A stretch of DNA of 43,607 nucleotides from a bacterium (GCA_044869275.1 JBIOXB010000041.1:1-43607), one strand, 5' to 3'. Positions 7,544-18,317 are shown, counted from the stretch's first letter. Notes: generated by a model not told the origin, from the letters alone. Translations and numbers: made by a program.

Positions 7544-10500
7544 ATGTCCGTGCTTTCCTCATTTCACCCCGCCGTGGCGCAATGGTTCACGGAAAACTTC
7601 AAGCACCCCAGCCCGCCGCAAGCAAAGGGCTGGCCGGTTATCGCTTCCGGCCAGCATACGCTCATTCTCGCGCCCACTGGTTCCGGCAAAACCCTCGCGG
7701 CTTTTTTGTGGTGTATCGATGATTTGTTTCGCCGCGGCTTGGAAACGGACGAAAAGAATTTCAGCCGCAACCGTGAAGGCGTGCACACGCTTTACGTCTC
7801 GCCGCTGAAAGCGCTGAATAACGACATTCATCGCAATCTGCAGGAGCCGCTGCACGGCATTCGCGCCACGGCGCAGGCCTCGGGGTTGCATCCGCCGCCG
7901 ATTCATGCCACGGTGCGCACCGGCGATACGCCCGCCAACGTGCGCCAGAGCATGCTGCGCAAGCCACCGCATATTTTGATCACCACGCCGGAATCGCTTT
8001 TTCTCCTGCTCACTTCGCCGCAGGGCCGCGAGATGTTCCGCCAGTTGCGTTATTTGATCATCGACGAAATTCACGCCGTGAGCAACAACAAACGCGGCGT
8101 GCATCTCAGCTTGTCTTGCGAAAGATTGATGGCGTTGTGCGCTAAAGAACCGGTGCGCATCGGGCTTTCCGCCACGCAAAAACCGCTGGAGCGCATTGCC
8201 GCGTTTCTAGGTGGCCAGACAATTTCGCCGGAAGGGATTCCCGCGCCGCGTCCCGTGACCATTGTCGATTGCGGCCAGCGCAAGGAAATGGATTTGCTGA
8301 TTCTTGCTCCAACAGAAGATTTCGGCGATCTGCCGGAGGCGAGCATCTGGCCGAAGGTGATCGACAAGCTTTACGCATTGATTGCCGGCCATCGCACGAC
8401 CCTGGCCTTCGTCAACATGCGCGCACAAACCGAGCGTGTTGCACGTCTGTTAAATGAAAAACACCGTGAGCGCACCGGCGACCAGGAAGCGGTGCTGGCG
8501 TTGGCGCATCACGGCAGTATCTCACGCGAGGCGCGTTATGACATCGAAGCGCGCCTGAAGCGCGGCGAGATTCCCGCGGTGATCGCGACTTCTGCTTTGG
8601 AATTGGGCATAGATATTGGGAGCATCGATCTTGTGGTGCAGCTGGAATCGCCCAAAAGCGTGTCCGCGGCATTGCAGCGCGTGGGCCGCAGCGGCCACGT
8701 GCTCTCCGCCACCAGCAAAGGCCGCCTCATTCCGCTGTACCCCAACGATCTCGACGACGCCGTTTGCCTCGTGCGCAACATGCTGCACGGCGACATTGAA
8801 GAGACTTACGTTCCGGAAAACTGCCTCGATGTGCTGTCGCAACAGATTGTCGCCGAGGTGGCGATGCGCGAATGGCCGCGCCTGGATTTGTTCCATCTGG
8901 TGCGCCAAAGCTATTGTTATCGCCATCTCACCCCGGCGGTTTTCAACAACGTCCTAGAAATGCTCTCCGGCCGTTACGCCTCCGCGCCCATGCGCGCGCT
9001 GCAGCCGCGCATTTCATGGGATAGAGTGAACGACAAGCTCATCGCGCTGCGCAGTGCGCGCTTATTGGCGGTGATGAGCGGCGGCACCATTCCCGATCGC
9101 GGCTACTACAGCGTCTATCTCGCAGACAGCAACGCCAAGCTCGGCGAGATGGAGGAAGAGTTCGTCTTCGAATCGCGCGTGGGGCACGTGTTCTTTCTCG
9201 GCAACAACGAGTGGCGCATCGATCAAATCCTGCACGATCGCATCATCGTATCGCCCGTGCGCGCGGTCAAGCCGCGGCCGCCCTTTTGGAAAGGCGATTC
9301 GCTGTATCGCGATTACGACACCAGCCTGCGCGTCGCCGCGTTTCGGCGGGAGTTGTTGGAGAAGATCGACCGGCGCGAGGCCGAGAGCTGGCTGCAGCAA
9401 GATTGCCGTGCCGATGCGGACATCGCCAGAAATTTGCAGGAATATTTGCTGCGCCAGCATGGGCACACCGGCGCGCTGCCCACGGATCGCCAGTTTATTC
9501 TCGAATCTTTTTATGATAGTGCGCATGAACCGCACGTGGTGTTGCACACCTGCTGCGGCGGCCGCGTGAACGGCGCGTGGGCCCTGGCCTTGGCAACCGC
9601 GATGGAGCGGCGCCATCACGCCGAGGTGCAGTATTCTTTCAATGACGATGGCATCGTCATGCGCCTGCTCGACGCCGGCCAAACCGCGTTGCTGCTGGAA
9701 TTGCTCAAACTGCCCGGCGCGGAAATCGAACAGCTGCTGCTCGAAGCTCTGGCCGATTCGCCTTTGTTTGCGACGCGCTTTCGTTACAACGCTGCCTCGG
9801 CGCTGCTTTTGCCGCGCTCGCGCAATGGCAAACGCATTCCGTTGTGGCTGCAACGCCTGCGCGCCGCCGATCTTTTGCAGGTGGTGCGGCGGTTCCCGGA
9901 TTTCCCCGTGTTGCTGGAAACCTATCGCGATTGCGTGCAGGATGTTTTTGATTTGCACGGCCTGCTCCGCATGCTGCAAAAATTGCAAACTGGCGAGATT
10001 CAGATTCATAACGTCGAGACGCCCTTTCCCTCGCCCATGGCCTCGGGTTTGATGTTCAATTTTCTCGCCAGCAATTTGTACGGCGACGATCGCGCGCGCT
10101 ATCCCGGCCACGTTGCCGAGGTCAGCAGCGAGTTGCTGGCCGACATCTTGGCGCGCGAGCATATTCCGGCCATTGTGACCGCCGAGCTGGCCGCCGAAGC
10201 CGAGGCGCGCTGGCAGCACCTCGCCGTGGAAAGACAAGCGCGCGACTCAGAAGAGCTGTTCGCGGTGATTGAAAAACTCGGGCCGCTTTCAGAGGAAGAT
10301 TTGCGCCTGCGTGCGAAGGAAGACTTTTCCGCCTGGCTGCAGCAGTTGCGCGCGGCCGATCGCGTTGTGCTCTTGTCGGGAAAGTGGCGGGGGTGGGTGG
10401 CGCGCACCGAAGTTGACTTGTTCGAAAATCATCTCCATGAAAAAAACTCGCGCGCATTGCTGCTGCGCTACATGGCCGCGCGCGGCCCGGTGACAGCGGC

Positions 10501-12040
10501 AGCGCTGCAGCAAGCCTTGCAGTTGCCGGTGGAGAGCGTAAGCAAAATTCTCGCGGATTTGCACGCCGAAAAGAAGCTCGTGCGCGGCGAATTGGTGGCC
10601 GGCGTGCAAGGCGAGCAATGGTGTGATCGCGAGAATTTTGCCGAGTTGTATCGCCGTGCGGTCGCTTTGCGGCGCGCCACGGAGGCCCCGGCCGGGCGCG
10701 ACACATTTTATCGTTTCCTCTTGCGCTGGCATAAAATTGCCATGCCAGGCCAATCGCTCACGGAGATACTCCAGCGTTACCGCGGCGTGCGTTTGCCGGT
10801 GCACTTTTTTGAGCGCGAGATTTTGCGCCCGCGTTTCGCCGCGGCTGAACTCGAGGTCCTGAGTGGGGCATTCGACGATTTCGAAGGGAAAATCGCCACG
10901 GGCGAAATCATCGTGCAGGCCGATCGCAACGGCGAAGAAGGCCGGCGGCATTTGAATTTCTATCTGCGCGGCGAGGGCGGCCTGTTTTTTTCTCGCGCGG
11001 AATTGCTCGAGCTGGCGCAAGCGCTCGCAGAACCGGCACGCTCGGTTTTTGCATTTCTCAAAGAAAACGGCGCAAGTCTCTTGCGCGATCTCACTGCCGG
11101 AACCGGCTTGGGTTCGGCGCAAGTTGAGCAAGGACTGACGCAGCTTGCCAATCTCGGCCTGGCAAGCTGCGATCATTATCCCTCCTTTCTGAAACTATTG
11201 CAGCCCGCCAATGCGGCCGCACGCGTGGAGCCTGATCTTAATGATTGGCCGCTCACGCGCCCGGCCTGGCAAATTCGTGAACGCCAACGCCGCGAACGCT
11301 ATGGCTTGCGGCAAAACATTCGCGAACGTCTAGCCTTGCAGGAAGGCCGGTGGTTTCTCATAGACTCTTTCGCCGTCATGGGCAAGGAGGTGGATGAAAC
11401 GCAGCGCGCGGAGCGGCAAGCGCGTTTGCTCTTGCAGCGTCACGGTGTCGTGGTGAAAGATTGGCATCGCCGCGAAAATGGCTTGCTGCCCTGGCCCAGG
11501 CTTTTTCAAGTATTGAAACGGCTCGAATGGCAGGGCGAGATTCGCCGTGGATATTTTGTGGAAGGCTTGTCGGGCATTCAATTCGCGCTGCCGGAAGCGG
11601 TGGAAATGCTCGCGCAGTTGCAATCTGAAAAAAAGAAGGTAATTGCCGCGCCCGCTCTCATCAGCACGGCAGATCCGGCCTTGCCGTTTGGCGACGCCGT
11701 GCCTTGGAATTTGCGCGACAGCAATGGCAACAGTCTCAGCATCGTGCGTGCGGCAGGCAATCATTTGTTGCTCGTGGAAGAAAATCCCGTGCTCTACGGC
11801 GAAAACTACGGCGCGCGTTTGTGGACGCGGCCGGATTGGCGCGCCGAGTATGTCGAGGCGCTCATCGCGCATTTGAAAGTCTGGCTGCAACTGCCTGCCG
11901 CTCTTCGCCCACGGCCGCGCCTTGAAATTCTGGAGGTGAATGATGCGCCTGCGGCAGAATGTGTATTTGCCGGCACGTTCGTGCAAGGCGGCTTCGAGCG
12001 CGAAGGCGAAAAGCTGGTGCTGTGGCCATCGAAGGTTTAA
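7544..12040 (+). CDS. lhr: Lhr-family SF2 ATP-dependent helicase, full length with C-terminal winged-helix/glycosylase-like region
   Basis: APTGSGKT, SPLKALNND, TTPESL, DEIH, GLSAT, HHGS, LELGIDIG, QRVGRSGH, GGTIPDRG; C-terminal LLQRHGVV...GEIRRGYFVEGLSGIQFA; ATG 7544 preferred over TTG 7514. Confidence 0.92.
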   Translation: MSVLSSFHPAVAQWFTENFKHPSPPQAKGWPVIASGQHTLILAPTGSGKTLAAFLWCIDDLFRRGLETDEKNFSRNREGVHTLYVSPLKALNNDIHRNLQEPLHGIRATAQASGLHPPPIHATVRTGDTPANVRQSMLRKPPHILITTPESLFLLLTSPQGREMFRQLRYLIIDEIHAVSNNKRGVHLSLSCERLMALCAKEPVRIGLSATQKPLERIAAFLGGQTISPEGIPAPRPVTIVDCGQRKEMDLLILAPTEDFGDLPEASIWPKVIDKLYALIAGHRTTLAFVNMRAQTERVARLLNEKHRERTGDQEAVLALAHHGSISREARYDIEARLKRGEIPAVIATSALELGIDIGSIDLVVQLESPKSVSAALQRVGRSGHVLSATSKGRLIPLYPNDLDDAVCLVRNMLHGDIEETYVPENCLDVLSQQIVAEVAMREWPRLDLFHLVRQSYCYRHLTPAVFNNVLEMLSGRYASAPMRALQPRISWDRVNDKLIALRSARLLAVMSGGTIPDRGYYSVYLADSNAKLGEMEEEFVFESRVGHVFFLGNNEWRIDQILHDRIIVSPVRAVKPRPPFWKGDSLYRDYDTSLRVAAFRRELLEKIDRREAESWLQQDCRADADIARNLQEYLLRQHGHTGALPTDRQFILESFYDSAHEPHVVLHTCCGGRVNGAWALALATAMERRHHAEVQYSFNDDGIVMRLLDAGQTALLLELLKLPGAEIEQLLLEALADSPLFATRFRYNAASALLLPRSRNGKRIPLWLQRLRAADLLQVVRRFPDFPVLLETYRDCVQDVFDLHGLLRMLQKLQTGEIQIHNVETPFPSPMASGLMFNFLASNLYGDDRARYPGHVAEVSSELLADILAREHIPAIVTAELAAEAEARWQHLAVERQARDSEELFAVIEKLGPLSEEDLRLRAKEDFSAWLQQLRAADRVVLLSGKWRGWVARTEVDLFENHLHEKNSRALLLRYMAARGPVTAAALQQALQLPVESVSKILADLHAEKKLVRGELVAGVQGEQWCDRENFAELYRRAVALRRATEAPAGRDTFYRFLLRWHKIAMPGQSLTEILQRYRGVRLPVHFFEREILRPRFAAAELEVLSGAFDDFEGKIATGEIIVQADRNGEEGRRHLNFYLRGEGGLFFSRAELLELAQALAEPARSVFAFLKENGASLLRDLTAGTGLGSAQVEQGLTQLANLGLASCDHYPSFLKLLQPANAAARVEPDLNDWPLTRPAWQIRERQRRERYGLRQNIRERLALQEGRWFLIDSFAVMGKEVDETQRAERQARLLLQRHGVVVKDWHRRENGLLPWPRLFQVLKRLEWQGEIRRGYFVEGLSGIQFALPEAVEMLAQLQSEKKKVIAAPALISTADPALPFGDAVPWNLRDSNGNSLSIVRAAGNHLLLVEENPVLYGENYGARLWTRPDWRAEYVEALIAHLKVWLQLPAALRPRPRLEILEVNDAPAAECVFAGTFVQGGFEREGEKLVLWPSKV

Positions 12041-12163
12041 ACCAACAATTTATAACGATAAGAGCTGCAATGGCACCAAGCATTCAAAGACAAGCGCGCG
12101 CTCGAGATTTGTTTGAAGGACTCTAGCCGGTCGCGTTGACTTCCATGAAGACCGTGCGCAGAT

Positions 12164-12511
12164 TTACCTGATCGACGAAAGTCGATTGATGCGAATAAGT
12201 TGGCCGGAAACTTGTGGGTTCTCTTGGAGAGCAGAATCGATTCGAGCCGCCAAGCCGGTAAAATCAGGATCAAAAGTACATACGATAATGCCGGCGTGAT
12301 TTGGCTGTTGTTGATGTAACCGGATAAAATGCTTGCGATTTAAAGTCAATAACACGAGAAGGTGGGCACGCGCGAAATCCAACACTTCTGCATCGGGGAT
12401 AGCTCGTCCTGCATTGCCGGCTTCGTGACTGGTCAACACCTGGTGTCCCCGCCGTCGCAATTCTTCTACCGCCGGCAATGGAAAATTTTCATTGGCATAG
12501 AATTCGGCCAT
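12164..12511 (-). CDS. DUF5615 PIN-like protein (putative toxin)
   Basis: FYANENFP...LRRRGHQV...IPDAEVL...LLTLNRKHF...HAGII. Confidence 0.8.
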   Translation of the reverse strand: MAEFYANENFPLPAVEELRRRGHQVLTSHEAGNAGRAIPDAEVLDFARAHLLVLLTLNRKHFIRLHQQQPNHAGIIVCTFDPDFTGLAARIDSALQENPQVSGQLIRINRLSSIR

Positions 12512-12517
12512 GATATT

Positions 12518-12847
12518 TTATGCTTCCTCATTCTCATGGATATGGCCATCTATTTCTTCGCGATGAGAGCGTACATAAGCCCAAGCATTCGCCAAATCTT
12601 CTGCTCGCAAAGAAGGATAAGAAAGCAGCAAATCGGCTTCAGCGGTTCCCAGCCTTCGCGCTTGCTCCAGCACCCACACCGGGATACGTGTACGCACGAT
12701 GCATGCTTCCCCTCCTGATACATTGGGATTGTTTTCAATGCCTGGAAAAGAGTCTCCCAAATCACGAACCACCCACTGCAACAGTTGCGCCTTTTCCGCC
12801 CGCGTCATAGCGGACAACAGTTTTTCTGCTTCCAGAAATGTGTTCAT
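12518..12847 (-). CDS. DUF433 protein (putative antitoxin)
   Basis: NPNVSGGEACIVRTRIPVW...LLLSYPSLRAEDLANAWAY; 6 nt upstream of the PIN-like gene. Confidence 0.85.
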   Translation of the reverse strand: MNTFLEAEKLLSAMTRAEKAQLLQWVVRDLGDSFPGIENNPNVSGGEACIVRTRIPVWVLEQARRLGTAEADLLLSYPSLRAEDLANAWAYVRSHREEIDGHIHENEEA

Positions 12848-13019
12848 GATTCTCTCGTCTTGTGAATATATTTAAAAAGTATGCCAGACTTCAGTCTGAT
12901 GCAAGCATTTTTTTGTGGGAATGATCATGACTGCACGCAAAAGGAATGTCTCTTTGACTATCACTGCCATGCAAGAATTGCGCTTTTTTGTTTTCAACTT
13001 GTTTGTTATACTTGCGGAT

Positions 13020-14069
13020 ATGGAACCGAAGACTTTTAAAAACCAAATTGAAAAGAACTTTTCCAACTTGAAAGAAAACGAGCTGCTGGCCCATCATACC
13101 ACTCTTGGCGTCGGCGGGCCCGCGCGCTGGTTCGCAACCGCCACGACGATCGAGCAACTGCAGTCCGGCTTGCAGCTCGCGTATGACCATGAGATTCCGG
13201 TTTTCATTTTGGGCTGGGGCAGCAATTTGATCGTTTCGGATAAAGGCTTTCCCGGATTGGTGATTCAAAATCGCGCGAAAAACTGGAAGCTGGTTGAGCC
13301 ACAGGCAGCATCGGACCGCTCGCAGAAAGATTCCGCAGCTTCGCCGGCGAGATTGGAAACGCTGGGCGAGCAATACTATCGCGTCGATGATTTGATGTAT
13401 TCCGAAGCAGATGCCCCCGTGGCCCTGGTGCAGGTCGAGTCCGGCGCGAAGATCGAGCCGCTGATGAAAGACTTATTGCGCCAGGGCATTACCGGCCTGC
13501 AATGGTTCGCCGGCATTCCCGCAACCGTCGGCGGCGCCGTTTACATGAACATGCACGGCGGGTATCATTTCTTTGGCGATCTGGTGGCGCGCGCATTGTT
13601 GTATAATCCTCGCGCAGCAGAAGACAAACTCAAAATCGTGGAACACAGTTATTTGCAATTTGCGTATGATTGCAGTGTTCTACATCAAACCCGAGAAACG
13701 GTGTTGTGGGCACAACTCGCGTTGCATTATGGCAATGTCGAGCGCGCGCGGGCAACGGCGGTGGAATGGGCGCGACGCAAGGCTTTGCAACCGCAAAAAT
13801 CCCCAGGTTGTGTCTTTCGCAATCTCTCCTCTGAGGAGCAAAAGCGGCTCGGCCTGCCCACGCCCTCGATCGGATATTTGGTCGAACACGTGCTCAAGCT
13901 CAAAGGCACGCGCCGCGGAGACGCAGTGATCTCGCCGCGGCACGCAGCATTCATTGAGAATCTCGGCAGTGCTTCGGCGCAACAAGTGACAGAACTCATC
14001 ACGCTGGTGAAAGCCAAAGCCAAGAGTGAACTCAGCCTCGAATTGATCGAAGAAGTCGAATATCTTTGA
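13020..14069 (+). CDS. murB: UDP-N-acetylenolpyruvoylglucosamine reductase (divergent MurB)
   Basis: LAHHTTLGVGGPARWF, ILGWGSNLIVSDKG, GIPATVGGAVYMN, SPGCVFRN, ISPRHAAFIEN, LIEEV; start placed at ATG 13020. Confidence 0.85.
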   Translation: MEPKTFKNQIEKNFSNLKENELLAHHTTLGVGGPARWFATATTIEQLQSGLQLAYDHEIPVFILGWGSNLIVSDKGFPGLVIQNRAKNWKLVEPQAASDRSQKDSAASPARLETLGEQYYRVDDLMYSEADAPVALVQVESGAKIEPLMKDLLRQGITGLQWFAGIPATVGGAVYMNMHGGYHFFGDLVARALLYNPRAAEDKLKIVEHSYLQFAYDCSVLHQTRETVLWAQLALHYGNVERARATAVEWARRKALQPQKSPGCVFRNLSSEEQKRLGLPTPSIGYLVEHVLKLKGTRRGDAVISPRHAAFIENLGSASAQQVTELITLVKAKAKSELSLELIEEVEYL

Positions 14070-14082
14070 TGGGAGATGATGC

Positions 14083-14862
14083 ATGCCGGGCCGGCCTTAT
14101 ATCTTAGCGGAAACAGCTTGGAAGATCGTGCGCGAGACGTCGTATGAAGTGGCCATATTGCCTTGGGGCGCAACTGAATCGCACAATTATCATTTGCCCT
14201 ATTCGACCGACACGGTTGAATGCGATCACATCGCCGCCGAAGCTGCGCGTCTGGCTTGGCAGGCGGGCGCGCGCGTCGTGGTGTTGCCGACCGTGCCTTT
14301 CGGCGTGAACACCGGACAGCTCGATCTCAAATTGACCCTGAATATGAATCCAAGCACGCAGTTCGCTGTGCTTGGCGACCTCGCCGCCAGCCTCGCGCAT
14401 CAAGGCCTGCGCAAGTTGGTGGTGTTGAACGGACATGGCGGCAACGACTTTCGCCCCTTCATCCGCGAATTGATGCCCAAGTACAAGCTGTTCATTTGCA
14501 CGCTGGACTGGTATCGCTGCCTCGATGCTGCCACTTATTTTTCCGAACCCGGCGACCATGCCGGAGAATTGGAGACCAGCTTGATGCAACTGTTCGCCCC
14601 GGAGCTGGTGCTGCCGCTGTCTGAAGCTGGCGACGGCGGCGAGCGCAAATTCAAAGTGCGGGCTTTGCGCGAGGGTTGGGCTTGGGCGCCACGGAACTGG
14701 CCAGAGGCGACGCAGGACACGGGCGTGGGTGATCCGCGCGCGGCAACTCCGGAAAAAGGGCAGCGCTATTTTGCTGCGGTCACGCAAAAGATTGCGGAAT
14801 TCTTGGTGGAGCTGGCCAGCGCCGAGGTTAATGATTTATATGAGAAAAGCAAAAATACGTGA
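14083..14862 (+). CDS. Creatininase-family amidohydrolase
   Basis: LPWGATESHNYHLP..TD, NGHGGN, DHAGELETS, GVGDPRAATPEKG. Confidence 0.9.
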   Translation: MPGRPYILAETAWKIVRETSYEVAILPWGATESHNYHLPYSTDTVECDHIAAEAARLAWQAGARVVVLPTVPFGVNTGQLDLKLTLNMNPSTQFAVLGDLAASLAHQGLRKLVVLNGHGGNDFRPFIRELMPKYKLFICTLDWYRCLDAATYFSEPGDHAGELETSLMQLFAPELVLPLSEAGDGGERKFKVRALREGWAWAPRNWPEATQDTGVGDPRAATPEKGQRYFAAVTQKIAEFLVELASAEVNDLYEKSKNT

Positions 14863-14917
14863 TCTCTATTGTTCAAAGAGTTGTGCAGGCTCATACTCGC
14901 ACAGCAGACTATGGCAG

Positions 14918-14955
14918 ATTGTCATTGCTACCCGCAGCCCCAAAGCAATGACAAT
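14918..14955. repeat. 12-bp inverted repeat (REP-like hairpin)
   Basis: attgtcattgct ... agcaatgacaat. Confidence 0.6.
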
Positions 14956-15058
14956 ACGTTCAGTTCTTTCGGCCCTTGCCAATTCACGCACAACTCTCTT
15001 TTGAGTTTTGGTTTTTGGGCTTTGGATTTCTTACTCTCCAAATTTGCCTTTCGATCTC

Positions 15059-16318
15059 ATGTCCAAATTTCTCATTACCGGCGGCCGGAAATTGGAGGGA
15101 GAATTTCTTGTCGCTGGAAACAAAAACGCCGCGTTGCCAATTCTCGCCGCCACGGTTTTAACGGACGAAGAATGCCTGCTGCGCAACGTGCCGCGCATCA
15201 CCGATGTCGAAACCATGCTGGCTTTGCTGGCCGATCTCGGCAAGACCGTCACGCGCAAAGCCGCGGGCGAGGTGAGCATCGGCGGCGCGGCCACAAAATC
15301 CGTTTTGAACAATGACTTGGTGCAGCGGCTGCGCGCGTCGATTCTTTTTCTCGGGCCGTTGTTGGCGCGGTTTGGCAAGGCGATGATCGGTCCGCCGGGC
15401 GGTTGCGTCATCGGCAAGCGCGCGGTGGGCACGCACTTCGATGCATTGACCGTACTGGGCGCGAAGATCATCGGCGCAGATGACAATTACGAGGCCACAC
15501 TCGCCGATCCGCATCCCGCCAGAATCCTTCTGGATGAAGTCTCCGTCACCGCCACCGAAAACGCCATGTTGTGCGCCGCGTCGATTCCCGGCGAGACCGT
15601 GATTGAGAACGCCGCGTGCGAGCCGCATGTAGCGGATCTTGCCCGGGTGCTCAAAAGCATGGGCGCCACCATCGCGGGCGAAGGCTCGAATCGCTTGGTG
15701 ATGACAGGGAAAAACAAGCTGCGCGGTTTCACACATGACATTTCACCAGATTTTATCGAAGCCGGCACCATGATCATCGCTGGTGCGTGCACGCAAGGTC
15801 ATTTACTCCTGCACCATATTCAAACGGTGGACTTGCAGCCAATCTTGCTTTATTTGCAGCGCTTGGGTGTGCAAACGCAATTCACCGGCGGCACCACGCT
15901 CGAAGTTTTGCCGGCAAAATTGTCTGCGGCCTCGCGCAAAATTCAAACGCGGCCCTGGCCGGGCTTTCCCACGGATTTGATGAGCCCGCTCATCGTGCTG
16001 GCCACACAGGCGCCGGGCACGACGCTCTGTCATGATTGGATGTACGAATCCCGCATGTTTTTCGTCGATAAATTGATCGCGATGGGCGCGAACATCACCC
16101 TGTGCGATCCGCATCGCGCGCTGGTCACCGGTCCGACGCAATTGCGCGCGCAGAAGCTCAGCAGTCCGGATATTCGCGCGGGTATTGCGCTCGTGATCGC
16201 GGCGCTCATCGCCTCGGGCACCAGCACCATCGATCACGCGGATTTGGTCGATCGCGGTTATGAAGACATCGCATGGCGTTTGCGGCAACTGGGGGCGGTC
16301 ATTACACGGGAAGATTGA
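15059..16318 (+). CDS. murA: UDP-N-acetylglucosamine 1-carboxyvinyltransferase
   Basis: GNKNAALPILAA, LRASILFLGPLLARFG, PGGCVIG (Cys type), SVTATEN, PWPGFPTDL, DIRAG, DRGYE; ATG 15059. Confidence 0.95.
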   Translation: MSKFLITGGRKLEGEFLVAGNKNAALPILAATVLTDEECLLRNVPRITDVETMLALLADLGKTVTRKAAGEVSIGGAATKSVLNNDLVQRLRASILFLGPLLARFGKAMIGPPGGCVIGKRAVGTHFDALTVLGAKIIGADDNYEATLADPHPARILLDEVSVTATENAMLCAASIPGETVIENAACEPHVADLARVLKSMGATIAGEGSNRLVMTGKNKLRGFTHDISPDFIEAGTMIIAGACTQGHLLLHHIQTVDLQPILLYLQRLGVQTQFTGGTTLEVLPAKLSAASRKIQTRPWPGFPTDLMSPLIVLATQAPGTTLCHDWMYESRMFFVDKLIAMGANITLCDPHRALVTGPTQLRAQKLSSPDIRAGIALVIAALIASGTSTIDHADLVDRGYEDIAWRLRQLGAVITRED

Positions 16319-16563
16319 GAATCGAGTTTCGTTTGCCGGCGGCCGCAAAATCGGCGCTTGCTTTTTTGAAATAATTTGCATATTTATGCGCGGTTCTAAT
16401 CGACCATGGCCTTCTTTTCGGGGTCAAGTTTACTCTCGCCTAATTCTCGAAGCCTCTGATCGAGCTTCGCTCGCACAAAAACGATCTTTTCCAATTTAAT
16501 CCTCTGCACTACACCTTGGCACGGGCTGCAGTTTTTTCACCTCTCTTCAAGTCAGGAGGCCTT

Positions 16564-18192
16564 ATGCCCGAGGTCGCCCATGCTGCTTTTGATCGCCGGC
16601 CAACAGATGAAATGTCTCCCGCGCCGCGCCGCGCTTTTCTGGGGTATGATCCCCGGCTGGAAAATTTATCCCGCGACGATGATTTCTCGCCAGCCATGAA
16701 AACCATCCTCGATCTGCCGCACCCACGCATGCCGCAAAACAGCGGTTCCTTCACTGCTTCCCAAGCCTTTGCTCATGTTCAACAAAACCCTGCGAATTGG
16801 GGCGCCGGACAAATCCGCCATTTGTTCAGCCGCACGAGTTTTGGCGTGAGTGTGGCTGACGTGCAAAGTCTTCTTTCTTTTGAGAAGGAAGATCTGCTCA
16901 ACGGTTTGCTGAGCGATGCGCCGCTGCCCGAACCGCCCGGGGCGTGGGTCACCGAGCCCTTTGATCGTCAAGCCTATGCCCGGCTGACGCGCGAAGAGCA
17001 GCAAGCCTGGCAGAGGCAGAATCGCCAGCGGCTCAATGAAGTGCGCGGCTGGTGGCTCGCGCTGATGCTGGCTCCGCTTTACACTCTGCGCGAGCGCATG
17101 ACGTATTTCTGGCACAATCATTTCACTTCCGACATTCGCACCGTGCAACTGGCGCAGTTCGTTTATCTGCAAAATGCCACTTGGCGAAGATACGCGCTCG
17201 GCAATTTCGGCGAGTTTTTAAAGGCGATGTACAAAGATCCAGCAATGTTGATCTATCTCGACGGCGGCCGCAACGACGCCCGGCAACCGAACGAAAATTT
17301 CGCGCGCGAATTGTTCGAGCTATTTACCATGGGCGTGGGCCATTACGCCGAAGATGACATCAAAGCGGCTGCGCGCGCCTTCACCGGCTGGCAAGTCGAT
17401 GCGATCAACTTGGCTGGCGTTTTCAATCAGCGCCGACACGACAGCGGCAGTAAAACGGTCCTGGGCCGCACCGGCAATTTCAACGGCGACGACATTATCG
17501 ACCTCATTCTCGCGCAACCGGTCACTGCGGAATTCATATGCCGCAAGCTATGCGCGGCGTTTCTCAATCGCGAAGTCAAAGATGAGTTCGTGCTGCAGCT
17601 CGCGCAAACTTTTCGCGCGTACAATTACGAAATCAAGCCGGTGCTGCATGAATTGTTCAGCAACGAAATTTTTTACAGCGATCAAGCCGTGGGCGCGCTG
17701 ATCAAATCGCCTATTGAAATGGCCGTCAGTAATGCACGTGTGCTGGCGGTGGATCGCGTGAATTTGCGTTATTTGCTTTCCGCGACCGCCGAGCTCAATC
17801 AAGATTTGCTGAATCCGCCCGATGTCGCGGGCTGGCCCGGCCAGCGCGATTGGATTTCACCCGCCACCTTCGTGAGCCGCAATGCTTTTTCGGAAACCTT
17901 CATCATCGGCGGCACGCTCGACAATCCCGGCAGCAACAACGGCTTAGCGCCTTTAAACGTCATGGCTTTCGCGCGCAGTTTCGGTCAAACCAAAGCGCGA
18001 CCATTGGCGCTGGCCATGGTTGAGCATTTGCTCGCCGTGTCGCTGGTGGAAGAAACCTTCGAAGCTTTACTGGTGCTGCTCGTGGGCAGCGCCGATCCCG
18101 AAGATTGGTCGCTGGATTATGCCGGCGCGGAAGAGCAAGTCAAGAGCTTTCTCATCGCGCTTATGCGGCAGCCGGAATTTCATTTGGTGTGA
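16564..18192 (+). CDS. DUF1800 family protein
   Basis: HLFSRTSFG, LRERMTYFWHNHF, DPAMLIYLD, PNENFARELFELFTMG, PPDVAGW; AGGAGG RBS before ATG 16564. Confidence 0.9.
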   Translation: MPEVAHAAFDRRPTDEMSPAPRRAFLGYDPRLENLSRDDDFSPAMKTILDLPHPRMPQNSGSFTASQAFAHVQQNPANWGAGQIRHLFSRTSFGVSVADVQSLLSFEKEDLLNGLLSDAPLPEPPGAWVTEPFDRQAYARLTREEQQAWQRQNRQRLNEVRGWWLALMLAPLYTLRERMTYFWHNHFTSDIRTVQLAQFVYLQNATWRRYALGNFGEFLKAMYKDPAMLIYLDGGRNDARQPNENFARELFELFTMGVGHYAEDDIKAAARAFTGWQVDAINLAGVFNQRRHDSGSKTVLGRTGNFNGDDIIDLILAQPVTAEFICRKLCAAFLNREVKDEFVLQLAQTFRAYNYEIKPVLHELFSNEIFYSDQAVGALIKSPIEMAVSNARVLAVDRVNLRYLLSATAELNQDLLNPPDVAGWPGQRDWISPATFVSRNAFSETFIIGGTLDNPGSNNGLAPLNVMAFARSFGQTKARPLALAMVEHLLAVSLVEETFEALLVLLVGSADPEDWSLDYAGAEEQVKSFLIALMRQPEFHLV

Positions 18193-18221
18193 AGGTGTCA
18201 ATGCTTCGAGAGTGATTGGTA

Positions 18222-18268
18222 TTACACCTTACACGTTACACGTGTAAAGTGTAACGTGTAAGGTGTAA
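18222..18268. repeat. Perfect 20-bp inverted repeat built from 7-bp tandem units
   Basis: ttacacc-ttacacg-ttacac / gtgtaa-cgtgtaa-ggtgtaa with a 7-nt loop. Confidence 0.85.
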
Positions 18269-18317
18269 GTAAATGGCTCGTGCATGAAAACCTCCATATT
18301 ATTTGAAGGAAATATCC

